DNA from: OCS155 cluster bacterium AG-333-G23
Lineage (GTDB): Bacteria; Actinomycetota; Acidimicrobiia; Actinomarinales; Actinomarinaceae
Direction: 5' to 3'
Length of the DNA stretch: 64,000 bases
Assembly: GCA_003282445.1 (NCBI GenBank)
Contig: QBZE01000005.1
Coordinates: forward strand, 14,172 to 78,171
In this document: positions 17,387 through 25,894 of the stretch, piece by piece
Position numbering within the stretch: position 1 is the first letter of the stretch
Layout: each line of letters begins with the position of its first letter
Made by a program: the position numbers and the translations under genes
Notes under the pieces: model-generated
Databases searched by the model: none
Told to the model about the DNA's origin: nothing
Seen by the model: only the letters and a program-made list of their open reading frames with translations

Positions 17387-18880
17387 TCATAAAGTATTAG
17401 TGTTGATAAACTCTTCCGCCTTACTAAATATATTCTCTTTTCTTTTTTTATCCATCTTGTCTAAATTTCTAACAAGCATCGAAAGTCTTGGATTAGATTC
17501 ATAAAACTTTCTATTTTTTTCAGTAAATTTCCAATAAAGACCATCTAAAGTATCACACCAATCACCTTTTTTATAATCACTCATTTTTAAAATATAATTT
17601 GAACCACAGGTGTATGGTTTTGTTGACATTAAGCCGCCATCAGCGTATGTTGCCATTCCAAAAACATTTGGCACCATTACCCATTCTGATGAGTCAATAT
17701 ACATCTCCATAAACCATTTATATATCTCTTTTGGGTTAACCCCGGAAAGATTCATTATATTGCTGATTACCATAAGTCTTGGAATGTGGTGAATATATCC
17801 ATCATTCAATGTTGTTTTAATAGCATCATCTAATGGAACCAAGCCCGTAGTCCCTTCGTACCATGAAGAGGAAAGTTTATTTTTATGATTCCAATAATTC
17901 TGGGTTTTTTGAAAATTTCCTTCTTCAATGTATATTCCTCTTATAAACTCTCTCCATCCGATAATTTGTCGAATAAATCCCTCAAGAGAATTTAATGGCA
18001 CAGATTCTTTTTCTCCATATTTTAAGGCTTTCTTAACCACTTCTTTAGGTGTTAATAATCCAATATTCATATTTACACTTAAACAACTATGAAATAGAAA
18101 GTTTTCATTTTCTAACATTGCATCTTCGTAAATTCCAAAATTTGAAAATCTCTGTTTTAAAAATATACGAAGTTGTTTATTTGCATCTTTTCTTCTAACT
18201 GGAAACCATATATTTTGAAGAGAGCCAGAATGAGTTTTAAAGTTTTTTTCAATTAATTCAATAACTTCTGAGTGATGCTTAGATAAGTTAAATTTAGGCA
18301 ACTGAGGGATTTCTGTTCCTGGAGGAATTTTTTTTCTATTTTCATCATCAAAAGACCACTTCGCACCAAATGGTTTTCCTTCTTCATCTACTAAAATATT
18401 ATATTTTTTTCTCATTTCTTTATAAAAGGAAGCCATTCTATATGTTTTATTAACTTTTGCTAATTCTTTAAATTCATTTTTTGATAAAAAAAACATTGGA
18501 GAATCATAAGTAGTTATTGATATCTGAGAACTTTCCAAAGCATCTATCAGAGATTTTTCAAATGGCTTATCTTCAATTTCGAAAAAATTAATCGACGATA
18601 TTTTTTGTTTTTTTAAAAATTTAATTAAGAAAGAAGAATACTCTTCCTCTTTGTTTCTTTCCTCTAACTTAAAATAGTTTACCTTTATTGAAGCTGCTTC
18701 TAATTCGTCTTTATACTCTCTCATTGAGGTTAGGTAAAGATAAAGCTTTAGTTTATGATGCTTTTCATAAGTGCATAAACCATAATCTTCAGCCATAAAA
18801 ACTTCTTCACATCCTAGTTTTTTCAACTCTTTAGGATGAAATAGCTGATTGCCGAGAATTACAAATAGGTTTTCTTTCAT
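17387..18880 (-). CDS. Cryptochrome/photolyase-family protein of the PhrB/CryB (FeS-BCP, (6-4) photolyase) type
   Basis: 497 aa. The COG3046-like N-terminus is [10 protein letters not shown]...[16 protein letters not shown]. The C-terminal region is GWREFIRG...HHIPRLMV...[17 protein letters not shown]. Confidence 0.8.
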   Translation of the reverse strand: MKENLFVILGNQLFHPKELKKLGCEEVFMAEDYGLCTYEKHHKLKLYLYLTSMREYKDELEAASIKVNYFKLEERNKEEEYSSFLIKFLKKQKISSINFFEIEDKPFEKSLIDALESSQISITTYDSPMFFLSKNEFKELAKVNKTYRMASFYKEMRKKYNILVDEEGKPFGAKWSFDDENRKKIPPGTEIPQLPKFNLSKHHSEVIELIEKNFKTHSGSLQNIWFPVRRKDANKQLRIFLKQRFSNFGIYEDAMLENENFLFHSCLSVNMNIGLLTPKEVVKKALKYGEKESVPLNSLEGFIRQIIGWREFIRGIYIEEGNFQKTQNYWNHKNKLSSSWYEGTTGLVPLDDAIKTTLNDGYIHHIPRLMVISNIMNLSGVNPKEIYKWFMEMYIDSSEWVMVPNVFGMATYADGGLMSTKPYTCGSNYILKMSDYKKGDWCDTLDGLYWKFTEKNRKFYESNPRLSMLVRNLDKMDKKRKENIFSKAEEFINTNTL

Positions 18881-18900
18881 TGTTAATTAAAGTCTATGTA

Positions 18901-19014
18901 CTATTTTCTTTTGCCAGTTCTACCAGTTCTATAATCAAACCGACCTCTTCTCTTTGAGATATGTTTTTTCTTTCTTTTTTGTCTTCTTTGTTCTCTAATA
19001 GATTCATCAACCAT
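18901..19014 (-). CDS. Candidate 37-aa highly basic peptide (below the ORF-track cut-off)
   Basis: My translation gives MVDESIREQRRQKRKKKHISKRRGRFDYRTGRTGKRK followed by TAG. There is no obvious SD. The composition and the KKKH motif are reminiscent of actinobacterial bS22. Confidence 0.25.
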   Translation of the reverse strand: MVDESIREQRRQKRKKKHISKRRGRFDYRTGRTGKRK

Positions 19015-19025
19015 CTTATAAGAAA

Positions 19026-19532
19026 TTAATGGCCGCCTCTTGGGACACCGCCATATTTCATTCTTGTATCTCCCATGTATGCGACTCTTTCTTCTGTTTC
19101 AATAGTCTTACAATCAATAACTTCTCCGATATAAAGGGTGTGTGTTCCAAGATCGTATGTCTCTTTTTTTGTCATTTCAAACCAGACTATGGCATTATCA
19201 AATATTGGCATATTGTTTTCTGTTAATGTAATTGGTTCTTCATTTAAAAAACCTTCTTTATATTCAGCTGGCTTAGAGAATTTTACAAACACCTTTGTAT
19301 AATTTTCTGAAAATAGATTTAAGCTAAAATATTCACTAGCTGACATTAGTCCATGGGTAATACTTTTATTATCAATTCCTACAGCAATGAGTAACGGCTC
19401 CATACTGACTTGCGTTATCCAACTAGCTGTCATTCCGTTAAATTCATTATTTGCTGAAGATCCAATTATGCCTAAAGCATTTGGTATTTTCCAAGTAGCT
19501 ACATTTAATTCTTCATTTGTTGGTTTTGACAT
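19026..19532 (-). CDS. Flavin reductase-like domain protein
   Basis: 168 aa. GIIGSS...NGMTASWITQVSMEPLLIAVGI is typical of flavin reductase (FMN-binding split barrel) proteins. Confidence 0.75.
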   Translation of the reverse strand: MSKPTNEELNVATWKIPNALGIIGSSANNEFNGMTASWITQVSMEPLLIAVGIDNKSITHGLMSASEYFSLNLFSENYTKVFVKFSKPAEYKEGFLNEEPITLTENNMPIFDNAIVWFEMTKKETYDLGTHTLYIGEVIDCKTIETEERVAYMGDTRMKYGGVPRGGH

Positions 19533-19636
19533 AATTAATTAAACCACACTTTTAAAAAATACATAAAATAATAGAAATTTATATTCAGGTCGTCTCATAG
19601 TTTTTGATAAACGCGGTTATTAAATAAAATAAAATT

Positions 19637-20077
19637 ATGAAGAAAATTAAAACATATGATGAATTAGATATATTCATAACTAAATTTATGAGTAAATGGG
19701 GTATTACCTTTTTAAGATACTCTTTAGGAATAATTTACATATGGTTTGGAATTCTTAAACCTTTTGGCTTGAGCCCTGCACAAGAGTTAGTTGAAAATAC
19801 AGTTTACTGGTTTGAAAATCCTAAAACATTTGTACCCATTTTAGGATGGTGGGAGGTAGTTATCGGTTTGACTATGTGTATAAAACCATTAATAAGAGTT
19901 TCAATATTTCTTTTATTCATTCAAATGCCAGGTACGTTTTTACCTTTAATATTATTGCCAGAAGTTTGTTTCAATAATTTTCCATTTGGTTTAACACTTG
20001 AAGGTCAATATATTATTAAAAATTTAATTATAATTTCCGCAGCATTAGTTGTTGGGTCTACAGTTAGAAATAAATAA
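19637..20077 (+). CDS. DUF417/YkgB-like (DoxX-like) membrane protein
   Basis: 146 aa with about 4 TM segments. FLRYSLGIIYIWFGILKPF resembles YkgB LIRLSIAIVFMWIGLLKF. Confidence 0.5.
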   Translation: MKKIKTYDELDIFITKFMSKWGITFLRYSLGIIYIWFGILKPFGLSPAQELVENTVYWFENPKTFVPILGWWEVVIGLTMCIKPLIRVSIFLLFIQMPGTFLPLILLPEVCFNNFPFGLTLEGQYIIKNLIIISAALVVGSTVRNK

Positions 20078-20087
20078 TTTTAAAGGT

Positions 20088-20684
20088 TCAATCATCCCAT
20101 TCTTCTTTTAGATCTTCTGGTAATTTATCTTCACAGGATTGCCATGTTTGAACCAAAGGATCATCTTCTCTTAATTCCCAATTTTCATCAATATATGCAT
20201 CTAAATTTACTTCCCTATTGAAATAATTTGGGTCAGGAACTTTATCATAACCTTGTTCACGAAAACAATTAGCAATGAAAAGTGCCCTGTCTAACTCGTT
20301 TGAAGTTTGGATTGGATCTTCAAATTGAGCTTCATCTGCCGCTCCCCATAAATTGTATTTTAATACACAACCTTCTAGTGCTTCCCACAGCTCTTCAGCC
20401 TCTTCTTCTGTAAGAGTCTCAAAGTAAGAAGAGACAGTTGTATATAGGTCTATGAAGTTTTTTGGCTCTTTAAATTTGTAACCTGCTTCGTTAACGCACT
20501 GGACTAAAATAAGAGGTGCATCTTCATCAGCAATTTCTTCTTTTTCTTCAATTAATTCTTTATCTAAGGCAATAGCTTCTTTTCCTTTATCAGTGTCTAA
20601 AACAGAGACTACACTCTGTTCTTCATTTTGAAATAAAGAACAAAAAGAAAAGAATATTAAAAATAAACTTAATTTTTTATACAC
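20088..20684 (-). CDS. Secreted, very acidic hypothetical protein
   Basis: 198 aa. It has an N-terminal signal-like segment, LSLFLIFFSFCSLF, followed by a D/E-rich sequence. Confidence 0.5.
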   Translation of the reverse strand: MYKKLSLFLIFFSFCSLFQNEEQSVVSVLDTDKGKEAIALDKELIEEKEEIADEDAPLILVQCVNEAGYKFKEPKNFIDLYTTVSSYFETLTEEEAEELWEALEGCVLKYNLWGAADEAQFEDPIQTSNELDRALFIANCFREQGYDKVPDPNYFNREVNLDAYIDENWELREDDPLVQTWQSCEDKLPEDLKEEWDD

Positions 20685-20711
20685 ATAGGAATTATAAATT
20701 GTTTTATTTTA

Positions 20712-20891
20712 TTAAATAATTTTAAAATACCTCAAAGCACGAAAAAATAAATATATTGCTAAAAAAAGAATACCAAAAGCAAATAAATAGTCAACGAGAG
20801 GTGCTTCTTGACGATTAGGAATATAATATAAGCTTGGCACTATAAGCCATGGCCCAATTTTTTTAAATTCGGAAAATATTTTTTTATTCAT
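20712..20891 (-). CDS. 59-aa membrane micro-protein, paralog of 21151-21330
   Basis: My translation gives MNKKIFSEFKKIGPWLIVPSLYYIPNRQEAPLVDYLFAFGILFLAIYLFFRALRYFKII. The length and the C-terminal RALxYFKI(I/V) match the ORF at 21151-21330. Confidence 0.4.
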   Translation of the reverse strand: MNKKIFSEFKKIGPWLIVPSLYYIPNRQEAPLVDYLFAFGILFLAIYLFFRALRYFKII

Positions 20892-20901
20892 TTAGTTTAA
20901 A

Positions 20902-21141
20902 TTATCTTAGGACATCATAGAATATTAAAAGAAATAAAAACCACACTAAACCTAAAAGCAGAAGAAATGGTGAGAAGCCTTTGGTTCCCTTTAATGGTCC
21001 TTTATAAATACTTGGTTCTCTTATTGCTTCATAGACATCTTCTTGGCTCTCTTTATTGTCATCATTCATTTCAGCACCCTGAGAAACTGCCTTTGCGTAT
21101 CTTATTTTTTTAATAATGTCATCAAATGGTTTGTAGATCAT
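20902..21141 (-). CDS. 79-aa tail-anchored membrane protein, hypothetical
   Basis: It has a soluble charged N-terminus and one C-terminal TM segment, FSPFLLLLGLVWFLFLLIF. Confidence 0.45.
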   Translation of the reverse strand: MIYKPFDDIIKKIRYAKAVSQGAEMNDDNKESQEDVYEAIREPSIYKGPLKGTKGFSPFLLLLGLVWFLFLLIFYDVLR

Positions 21142-21150
21142 TTCAAGATT

Positions 21151-21330
21151 CTAAACAATTTTAAAATAATTTAAAGCACGAATTGAAAAATACATGATTA
21201 CATAAAAAATAACTACAGCAGAAATAATTTGTGACATAGTCACTTCTGGTGGGATGTGGATAACTGTATAAACTATTGGAATTAAAGTACCTGCAACTAT
21301 TCGGATTATTTTTGTTTTATTTTCTTTCAT
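21151..21330 (-). CDS. 59-aa membrane micro-protein, paralog of 20712-20891
   Basis: My translation gives MKENKTKIIRIVAGTLIPIVYTVIHIPPEVTMSQIISAVVIFYVIMYFSIRALNYFKIV. It ends 9 nt before the start of the 79-aa ORF. Confidence 0.4.
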   Translation of the reverse strand: MKENKTKIIRIVAGTLIPIVYTVIHIPPEVTMSQIISAVVIFYVIMYFSIRALNYFKIV

Positions 21331-21388
21331 AAAGATTTATTTTAAATGAGATAAAAAGAAATGAATATAAGACTTGTATTATGCATTA

Positions 21389-21499
21389 CTAGAAGATACC
21401 AGAGGATACCATACGTTTTTCTACAAAATGTGCTTCAAATGCCTGTGATATTCCAACACCTAATCCAGTGCCAATACCCATACATATTCCTATCCACAT
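21389..21499 (-). CDS. Candidate 36-aa glycine-zipper membrane peptide
   Basis: My translation gives MWIGICMGIGTGLGVGISQAFEAHFVEKRMVSSGIF. Its ATG lies 1 nt after the stop of the b5-reductase-like gene. Confidence 0.25.
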   Translation of the reverse strand: MWIGICMGIGTGLGVGISQAFEAHFVEKRMVSSGIF

Positions 21500-21500
21500 A

Positions 21501-22322
21501 TTAAAAAGTAAATATAGAGTCTTTTGAATAATTAAGTTGTTCTAAGGTTGGCTTAACAGCCTCTGAAATCATTTTAGGTGGTCCGCACAAAAGTATTAAT
21601 GTGTCATCACTTGGAGCAGGCATGGTCTCAGTTATCATGTCAGAATTTATGAAGCCTCTATAACCACTCCAATTATCGGATGGCTCATCTAGAGTGTAGA
21701 AAAACTTGTATTGATGTGAGAATTCTTCTTGTCTATTTTCTAATTTATCTCTTAAAATTATGTCTTCCTCTTTTTTATTAGCAAACAATAGATTCATCTG
21801 TGTTGTATCTGATTCACCACCCAAGACAGTTCTAATTATTGGAATCATAGGAGTAATTCCTGATCCACCTGCAATCATTCCAATGTTTTTATAATTTTTT
21901 GTTACTAGTTCTCCACCTTGGGATTTTAATTGTTTAATACTAAATGCACCGTTACCCATGTAAGTTAGTCTGCCATTAGGGCCTTTAAATTTAAAAGTAT
22001 CACCGATCTCAAGTTGGTCTACTTTTTGTGACATAAACCCACCATCAGGAAAATCTGGATGTTCATTTTTTTTATAAATTTTAATTACAAAATCAACATA
22101 GCCTACATTATTATCAGTGGAAACAGGCGTATAGGACCTTGATACTTGTTCGCCATCCTGATTTTCTGAAATAAGAGATAAATGTTTACCAACTGGTAAT
22201 CCGAGTACATCATCATTGTTTGGAAGTTTAAATCTGAATCTACTCGTATCAGGTGTAAGGTGAACTTTATCTTCTAACTCTAATTCAAAAACTTCATCGT
22301 TATTTTCTAAAAATGTTTTCAT
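21501..22322 (-). CDS. NADH-cytochrome b5 reductase-like FAD/NAD(P) oxidoreductase (FNR superfamily)
   Basis: 273 aa. It has RSYTPVS (FAD RxYT/S motif), FPDGGFMSQ, MIAGGSGITPM, LLFANKKEEDIILR and LLCGPPKM. There is no Fe-S or heme domain. Confidence 0.8.
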   Translation of the reverse strand: MKTFLENNDEVFELELEDKVHLTPDTSRFRFKLPNNDDVLGLPVGKHLSLISENQDGEQVSRSYTPVSTDNNVGYVDFVIKIYKKNEHPDFPDGGFMSQKVDQLEIGDTFKFKGPNGRLTYMGNGAFSIKQLKSQGGELVTKNYKNIGMIAGGSGITPMIPIIRTVLGGESDTTQMNLLFANKKEEDIILRDKLENRQEEFSHQYKFFYTLDEPSDNWSGYRGFINSDMITETMPAPSDDTLILLCGPPKMISEAVKPTLEQLNYSKDSIFTF

Positions 22323-22397
22323 CTTGTTACTATATGCTAAAAACTTAGTAATCCTTAATTTACTAGATGATTAATCTGTTGGGTTTTAAGTGGTGCT

Positions 22398-22416
22398 TGT
22401 CCCCGTTGTTGTCCCC
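22398..22416. repeat. Tandem direct repeat TGTCCCC-N5-TGTCCCC, copy 2 of the ~30-bp element
   Basis: TGTCCCC occurs at 22398-22404 and 22410-22416, a 12-bp phase. The element is bracketed by GGGTTTT (22381-22387) and AAAACCC (22436-22442). Confidence 0.6.
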
Positions 22417-22444
22417 GTTTTGTTTTCACTAACGAAAAACCCTG

Positions 22445-22517
22445 TGGCCAGAGGCAGAATCGAACTGCCGACCCCTTGTTTTTCAGACAAGTGCTCTACC
22501 GACTGAGCTATCTGGCC
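22445..22517 (-). tRNA. tRNA-Phe (GAA)
   Basis: The manual fold is GGCCAGA/TCTGGCC acceptor, GCTC..GAGC D arm, anticodon loop CTGAAAA and T arm GGCAG-TTCGATT-CTGCC. CCA is not encoded. Confidence 0.9.
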
Positions 22518-22521
22518 ATAT

Positions 22522-22599
22522 TGGCGGGGACGACGGGATTCGAACCCGCGACCTCCTGCGTGACAGGCAGGCGTAAACTCCAGACTTTACCACGCCCCC
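22522..22599 (-). tRNA. tRNA-Asp (GTC), CCA encoded
   Basis: The manual fold is GGGGGCG/CGTCCCC acceptor, anticodon arm CCTGC-CTGTCAC-GCAGG and T loop TTCGAAT, with a 3' GCCA. Confidence 0.9.
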
Positions 22600-22670
22600 G
22601 TAATAATATGTTTGAGTATAATCTTAAAAAAAACTCAAACCAATACTTTTCATTACAATAATATAAGGGT

Positions 22671-24134
22671 ATGAATATTACTTCTTTATTTAAGTACGGT
22701 ATAAGATTTTTATTCTTACAAGTTACTCTTACCTATTTTTCGATTTACTACTTTAATAATTTTTTAATCTCAAATAAATTCTGTGAATTTTGTGTAGGAA
22801 ATAGTTTTAGGATGCAAATTAACAATAGTCTCTGGGAAGATAGGAATAGATTCTTTACAATAATTCCTGAAAATTTAATAAATATTGAATTCTTCATCGG
22901 GTTATTTATATTTATTTTTCTTTTAGTTTTATATTCAACAAAATTTTATACATATGTTAATGAATTAACCTATTCACTAGACAGAAGCTATTTGGATGAA
23001 TTTATTTCAATTTATTTACTCTGGACAAGCTCTTTCTTTGTTTTTATAACAATGTTTAGGATTTCACATCTTATATCTAGGGCTTATTTATTAATATTTA
23101 CATTCATTATTTCCATAATGCTTCTTTTATTTAGAAATAGTGAATTTTTATCTTCTATTTTGGGACGATCTGTTACAAACGAGAATTTTATAACTTTTAA
23201 CTTGGATGAAGATTCAATATTTAGAAATTTAAGAATAATGACTTTTAGGAAAAACGTTGGAAATTTTGAAAATATAGATTTGAAAAATTCAAAATTAATA
23301 ATTGAAAAAATTGATAAAATAAATAAAGAAAAAAATATAAATCTAATTGTTTTTAACTTCAATAAAGAAACAGGAATTGATAAAAATCTTGAAAGCTACC
23401 TAATTCAATTAAATAAAAAGGTGCTAATAATCTCTAAGGAGAAAATAAATTTTATTAATTATTTTTTAAATAGAACTGAAAGGGTCTCTAATTATTTTTT
23501 AACTTATTTTAATAATGATATACAGTATGGTTCTAAATATATTTTGAAAAGAATAATAGATATCTTTATCTCGGTTTTGGGAATAACATTTTTATCACCA
23601 ATATTTTTATTTATATACCTATATATTTATTTCTTAGATGGTTCTGAAGTAATTATTAAACAAAATAGAGTAGGTCTTCATGGAAAACAATTTAAAATGT
23701 ACAAATTTAGAACTATGAAAATAGACTCTCATGAATTAAGAGAACAAATGGAAGAGCTAAATAAAAATGACAACATTATATTTAAAATTGAAGATGACCC
23801 AAGGATTATTCAAGGGGCGATGTTTCTAAGAAATTACAGCCTTGATGAACTCCCTCAATTCTTTAATGTTCTTAAGGGTGAAATGTCTGTTGTTGGACCA
23901 AGGCCACTTTTTGATGAAGATACAAAACTCTTTAATGAAAGCTACATGAGAAGATTAAACGTACTCCCAGGAATAACTGGTTTACTACAAATTAACGAAC
24001 GAAATACTACAGAATTTGAAACCTGGTATAAGTACGATATTGAATATATTGAATCATGGTCTTTATCTCTTGATTTAAAAATAATCTTCAAAACACCCTT
24101 TTCATTATTTAGATCTAAAGTAAAAGGGCTTTAG
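22671..24134 (+). CDS. Polyprenyl-phosphate sugar-phosphotransferase (WbaP/EpsB-type priming transferase)
   Basis: 487 aa. It has N-terminal TM segments and the C-terminal bacterial sugar-transferase domain: KRIIDIFIS...NRVGLHGKQFKMYKFRTM...SLDELPQFFNVLKGEMSVVGPRP. Confidence 0.85.
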   Translation: MNITSLFKYGIRFLFLQVTLTYFSIYYFNNFLISNKFCEFCVGNSFRMQINNSLWEDRNRFFTIIPENLINIEFFIGLFIFIFLLVLYSTKFYTYVNELTYSLDRSYLDEFISIYLLWTSSFFVFITMFRISHLISRAYLLIFTFIISIMLLLFRNSEFLSSILGRSVTNENFITFNLDEDSIFRNLRIMTFRKNVGNFENIDLKNSKLIIEKIDKINKEKNINLIVFNFNKETGIDKNLESYLIQLNKKVLIISKEKINFINYFLNRTERVSNYFLTYFNNDIQYGSKYILKRIIDIFISVLGITFLSPIFLFIYLYIYFLDGSEVIIKQNRVGLHGKQFKMYKFRTMKIDSHELREQMEELNKNDNIIFKIEDDPRIIQGAMFLRNYSLDELPQFFNVLKGEMSVVGPRPLFDEDTKLFNESYMRRLNVLPGITGLLQINERNTTEFETWYKYDIEYIESWSLSLDLKIIFKTPFSLFRSKVKGL

Positions 24135-24207
24135 TGGGTCGGGTGGGAATCGAACCCACGACCTTGAGCTTAAAAGGCTCCTGCTCTACCAATTGAGCTA
24201 CCGACCC
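24135..24207 (-). tRNA. tRNA-Lys (TTT)
   Basis: The manual fold is GGGTCGG/CCGACCC acceptor, anticodon loop CTTTTAA and T arm GTGGG-TTCGATT-CCCAC. It abuts the stop codon of the sugar transferase. Confidence 0.9.
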
Positions 24208-24247
24208 TGCCAACTATTAAAGAATACTATATGTAAAATGTTTATTA

Positions 24248-24583
24248 TTATTCTTCTTCAAAAAGATTATTTTTTGATTCAGAAGTATCAGTAACATAAT
24301 CTTTTAATAATCTTTTTGAATCCTTAATCGTGTCTAGTATTTCATTATTTATTTTATTTATAACTTCTTTAGTTTCTTTTCTAATTTCTTCATCTTTGAT
24401 GGTTGAATCTACTTTTTCAATAATTGTTGTTAATAATTTTGATGTATTCTGTATTGAGTCAACTAAAGATTCTGTCAAGTCATCAACGATGTTTTCATCA
24501 TCAGGCGAATCTTTTACTTTCTTTGTGACGTCTGCACTATCTTTAGAAATATCTTTCAAGTTTTGATTTTCTTTTTCTTCCAT
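24248..24583 (-). CDS. Acidic coiled-coil-like hypothetical protein
   Basis: 111 aa with a D/E/K-rich repetitive composition. No family was recognised. Confidence 0.4.
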   Translation of the reverse strand: MEEKENQNLKDISKDSADVTKKVKDSPDDENIVDDLTESLVDSIQNTSKLLTTIIEKVDSTIKDEEIRKETKEVINKINNEILDTIKDSKRLLKDYVTDTSESKNNLFEEE

Positions 24584-24614
24584 TATCTAATTATAAGTTT
24601 TTATATCAGTATTT

Positions 24615-25460
24615 TTAAATTTTTCCCTTATCTTTAAATTTTAAATCTGGTTTCCTAGTGATCCTTTGCTTTGCCCACCTTGCTGGAGGAATTAATCTAA
24701 AGAACGGCGGAAGAAAAGGTCTAGTTATTTTTAAAAGGTATAGATTAAAATTCAGTATATATCTTTTAGCTGTAGTAGTTTTAATTCCATAAATATTTTT
24801 AAACTCTGATGGAAGTGTATGAAATGCTGTAAATGATATAAAAGGCCAAATCGGTTTTATATGTCTAGGAACAGGGCCTCCTGAAATTATATCTTTGACG
24901 TCTTCAGCTACGTCAGTTAATAAAAGATAATCTTTTTCTCTAGATTTCTCCATAACCCAATTTTTTAGTTCATTATGAGTTGTTGGAGTTTCTTTTATAT
25001 TAACAAGAACCATTTCAGCAGAAAGTAGATTCTCTAAGTGGTATTTGTTCTTTTCTTCATCTGTTAATTTCTTTACTGTTTTTTCATAAAAATAAATAGA
25101 AGAAATTTGTAGACAAGCATGCACCCATAATAATTGTTCGTGATCTAAGGCGTCATAGATTCCACCAGTTACTTCATCTTTTCCTTTTATTACTTCATGT
25201 AATTTATTAATTCTGTGCGCACTTTCATCGGCTTCTTTTTTTGTTCCAAATGTAACCGAATTCTGGAGAGATAAAGTTCTTATTAATCTTTTCCACGGAT
25301 CTCTTTGATAGAAAGAAGTCTGCCTTGCCCCCGCAGCAATTAAAGGATGTGCAGCATGCATAAGCAAAGCTCTAGCACCCCCAAAAAGAACTGTAATTTC
25401 TTTGTTTATCTTCCACATCATGGAATTGGGGCCAAAGTATCCAGGATCTGCATTCATCAT
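24615..25460 (-). CDS. DUF2236 / MpaB-family oxygenase-like protein
   Basis: 281 aa. GPNSMMWKINKE...LFGGARALLMHAAHPLIAAG is the characteristic DUF2236 N-terminal block. Confidence 0.7.
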   Translation of the reverse strand: MMNADPGYFGPNSMMWKINKEITVLFGGARALLMHAAHPLIAAGARQTSFYQRDPWKRLIRTLSLQNSVTFGTKKEADESAHRINKLHEVIKGKDEVTGGIYDALDHEQLLWVHACLQISSIYFYEKTVKKLTDEEKNKYHLENLLSAEMVLVNIKETPTTHNELKNWVMEKSREKDYLLLTDVAEDVKDIISGGPVPRHIKPIWPFISFTAFHTLPSEFKNIYGIKTTTAKRYILNFNLYLLKITRPFLPPFFRLIPPARWAKQRITRKPDLKFKDKGKI

Positions 25461-25570
25461 TAAAAGATTTTATCAGTAATAACTAATTTTAATAAATTTT
25501 AAGCAAATTAAATAATCGTAAGAAATAGGTAAATTAATAATATACTTTAATTTAGTGATAAGTAAGCACC

Positions 25571-25894
25571 ATGAAAGATAATTTAGTTTTAATTGAAAAT
25601 AATTGTGGACTAAAGCCTGCAGACCAAGAACTCATAGAAATAGGCAGTGATCCTAATTTTGTATTTGTAAATGATCCAGCATTCACTACTTTAAGACTAT
25701 TTGATGTCGAGGGAAATATAATAAATGTAAACTCTTGGATTGAATGTGCTCATTATGTAAATGGAGGTTGGCTTACAACATACAATGAAGGGTTATCAGG
25801 AAATTTACTTTTTTTATCTATCGTTATTTTGATTACTTCCTCATATTTTGTAATTAGGTATTTTAAATTTAATAAAAAAAGTTATGAAAAATAA
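25571..25894 (+). CDS. Hypothetical protein with a C-terminal TM anchor
   Basis: 107 aa. It overlaps the next gene by 11 nt. No family was recognised. Confidence 0.4.
   Translation: MKDNLVLIENNCGLKPADQELIEIGSDPNFVFVNDPAFTTLRLFDVEGNIINVNSWIECAHYVNGGWLTTYNEGLSGNLLFLSIVILITSSYFVIRYFKFNKKSYEK

Noticed and set aside
17381-17389. The photolyase ORF ends in TGA and is followed in the same frame by AGG-ATG and a 61-codon ORF. Given the selA/selB genes in the window, I considered selenocysteine read-through.
   Set aside because: The photolyase is already full length (497 aa, against about 500 aa for PhrB/CryB). The downstream sequence forms only weak AU-rich pairings with no convincing SECIS-like stem-loop. 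A Sec at the extreme C-terminal junction has no functional rationale.
22398-22416. The TTGTCCCCG repeats as DnaA boxes, implying an origin or DnaA-titration site.
   Set aside because: The motif differs from TTGTCCACA at the A7 and A9 positions of the critical CACA tail. No dnaA/dnaN genes or AT-rich unwinding element are nearby. I kept it only as an unexplained repeat.
22476-22661. A 61-aa plus-strand ORF from the track.
   Set aside because: It lies antisense across tRNA-Phe and tRNA-Asp. Its 'protein' is just the translation of tRNA complement sequence.
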